Notes under the pieces: generated by a model
The model's database searches: none
Told to the model about the DNA's origin: nothing
The model's input: the letters and a program-made list of their open reading frames with translations, nothing else
Program-made: the position numbers and the translations under genes
Origin: Octopus vulgaris
Lineage: Eukaryota
Assembly: GCA_951406725.2 (NCBI GenBank)
Contig: OX597818.1
Coordinates: 79,608,001 to 79,672,000, forward strand
Reading direction: 5' to 3'
DNA length: 64,000 nt
Part shown: piece after piece, positions 62,497 through 64,000 of the stretch
Numbering within the stretch: the first letter of the stretch is position 1
How the letters are laid out: every line of letters starts with the position of its first letter

Positions 62497-62870
62497 AGGT
62501 GCAGGAGTGACTGTGTAGTAAGTAGCTTGCTTACAAGCCACATGTTTCTGGGTTCAATTTCACTGCGTGGCACCTTGGGCAGGTGTCTTCTACTATAGTT
62601 GTGGGCCGACCAAAGCCTTGTGAGTGAATCTGGTAGACGGAAACTGGAAGTAGGCCATCGTATATATATATATATATATATACACGTATGTACACCTTTT
62701 GTGTCTATGTTTGTCCCTCTAACATCGCTTCCCAACCGATGCTGGTGTGTTTACGTCTCTTTAACCTAAAAGTTCGGCAAAAATCACTGATAGAATAAGT
62801 ACCAGGCATACAAAGAATAAGTCCTGGGATCGATGCTCCAGCATGGCCGCAGTCAAATGACTGAAACAAA
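62497..62870 (+). mobile_element. Full-length family A SINE
   Basis: tRNA head, internal microsatellite and tail. Confidence 0.85.
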
Positions 62871-62893
62871 CAAAGGCAAAAAAAGAAAGAATT

Positions 62894-62946
<53 letters not shown>

Positions 62947-63148
62947 ATGTATGTGTATATATACATATACATACATATATACATACATATATATATATAT
63001 ATAACAATTAAGGATAACTTCTTAATAAGGAATCTTAACAAGAAATTATCAGGTAGATAGCGTGAAAGACCTCATAAGAGAAAAAATTCGAAAATAATTT
63101 TTTTCCTTTGAACATAATTTTTTTCCTTTGAATATGTTCAAAGGTAAA

Positions 63149-63203
<55 letters not shown>

Positions 63204-63258
63204 TTATATAAGTTTTTTTCAGAATGAGATAAAAATTTAAGGCATTTAGAAATTGAAG

Positions 63259-63306
63259 GTCTTACATCTGTTTCCCGGATATTTTTTATATCTCTTCATC
63301 GGAGAC
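63259..63306 (-). ncRNA. Degenerate type I hammerhead motif (U4->C)
   Basis: Minus strand: gtct CCGATGA agagatat aaaaa atatccgg GAAA cagatg TA agac. Stem I is gtct/agac, and stem III is one change from CAGCTG. Confidence 0.65.
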
Positions 63307-63482
63307 GGTGAGAGAAAATGGTTATGCAATAGTTAATTTAGATAAGATATGAAATAGTGAGTGAAGTGGAGGAATGAAGATAGATATGAGATATGCAGGG
63401 ATATTGCATCTGTAGATCCATAGCACTTACTCAGCATTACCTGACACCTTTGGATCTTATTGACACTATTACCTCTTATAAC

Positions 63483-63566
<84 letters not shown>

Positions 63567-63567
<1 letters not shown>

Positions 63568-63965
63568 GGCGTGGCTGTGTGGTAAAAAATTTGCTTCCCA
63601 TCCACATGATTCCGGGTTCAGTTCTACGGTGCGGCCCCTTGAGTAAGTAACTCACGGTGCAGCCCTTTGGTTATAGCCTCGGGCCGACCAAAGCTGTGTG
63701 AGTGGATTTAGTAAACGGAAACTGAAAGAAACCTGTCGCATGTGTGCGAGGGGTTCATCTTTGTTCTCCACCACCGCTTGACAACCTGCGTAGTATGTGT
63801 GCTTACGTACCCATAACATAGCAGTTAGACAGAAAACAACGATAGAATTAGTACTTGGCTTAACGATAAAAATGAGTACTGCACCGATTCATTCGACTAC
63901 GGGTTCTTCGAGGCATTGCCCTAGTATAGCCACTGTGTAATGACTGAAACAAGTAATAGATAAAA
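63567..63965 (+). mobile_element. Family A SINE, diverged
   Basis: Head aggcgtggctgtgtggtaa..ggttcagttc and tail aatgactgaaacaagtaa. Confidence 0.8.
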
Positions 63966-64000
63966 ACTACTCATGTTTTGAGTTCCATTTTTTCTGTATG

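Overview
AT-rich eukaryotic intergenic or intronic DNA saturated with (TA)n, (CA)n, (GATA)n, (TACA)n and trinucleotide microsatellites. The SINE repertoire and repeat texture look like an octopus or other coleoid cephalopod genome (inference). I see no intact host gene, and nearly all listed ORFs are translations of microsatellites. Recognisable content: three tRNA-derived SINE families in dozens of copies; decayed LINEs (R4/Dong-like, REL-endonuclease, Tx1/L1-like, RTE-like); decayed Penelope-like element (PLE) RT/GIY-YIG remnants; two mariner remnants; and a hAT deletion derivative with an 8-bp TSD. The main signal lies outside the ORF track. At least seven full-topology type I hammerhead ribozyme motifs from unrelated short elements occur here, most beside microsatellites, each with a (near-)palindromic stem III. 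Several lie inside long fold-back inverted repeats, and one has an A3-U8 swap of the conserved C3-G8 pair. Everything was read by eye, and SINE/LINE boundaries are approximate.
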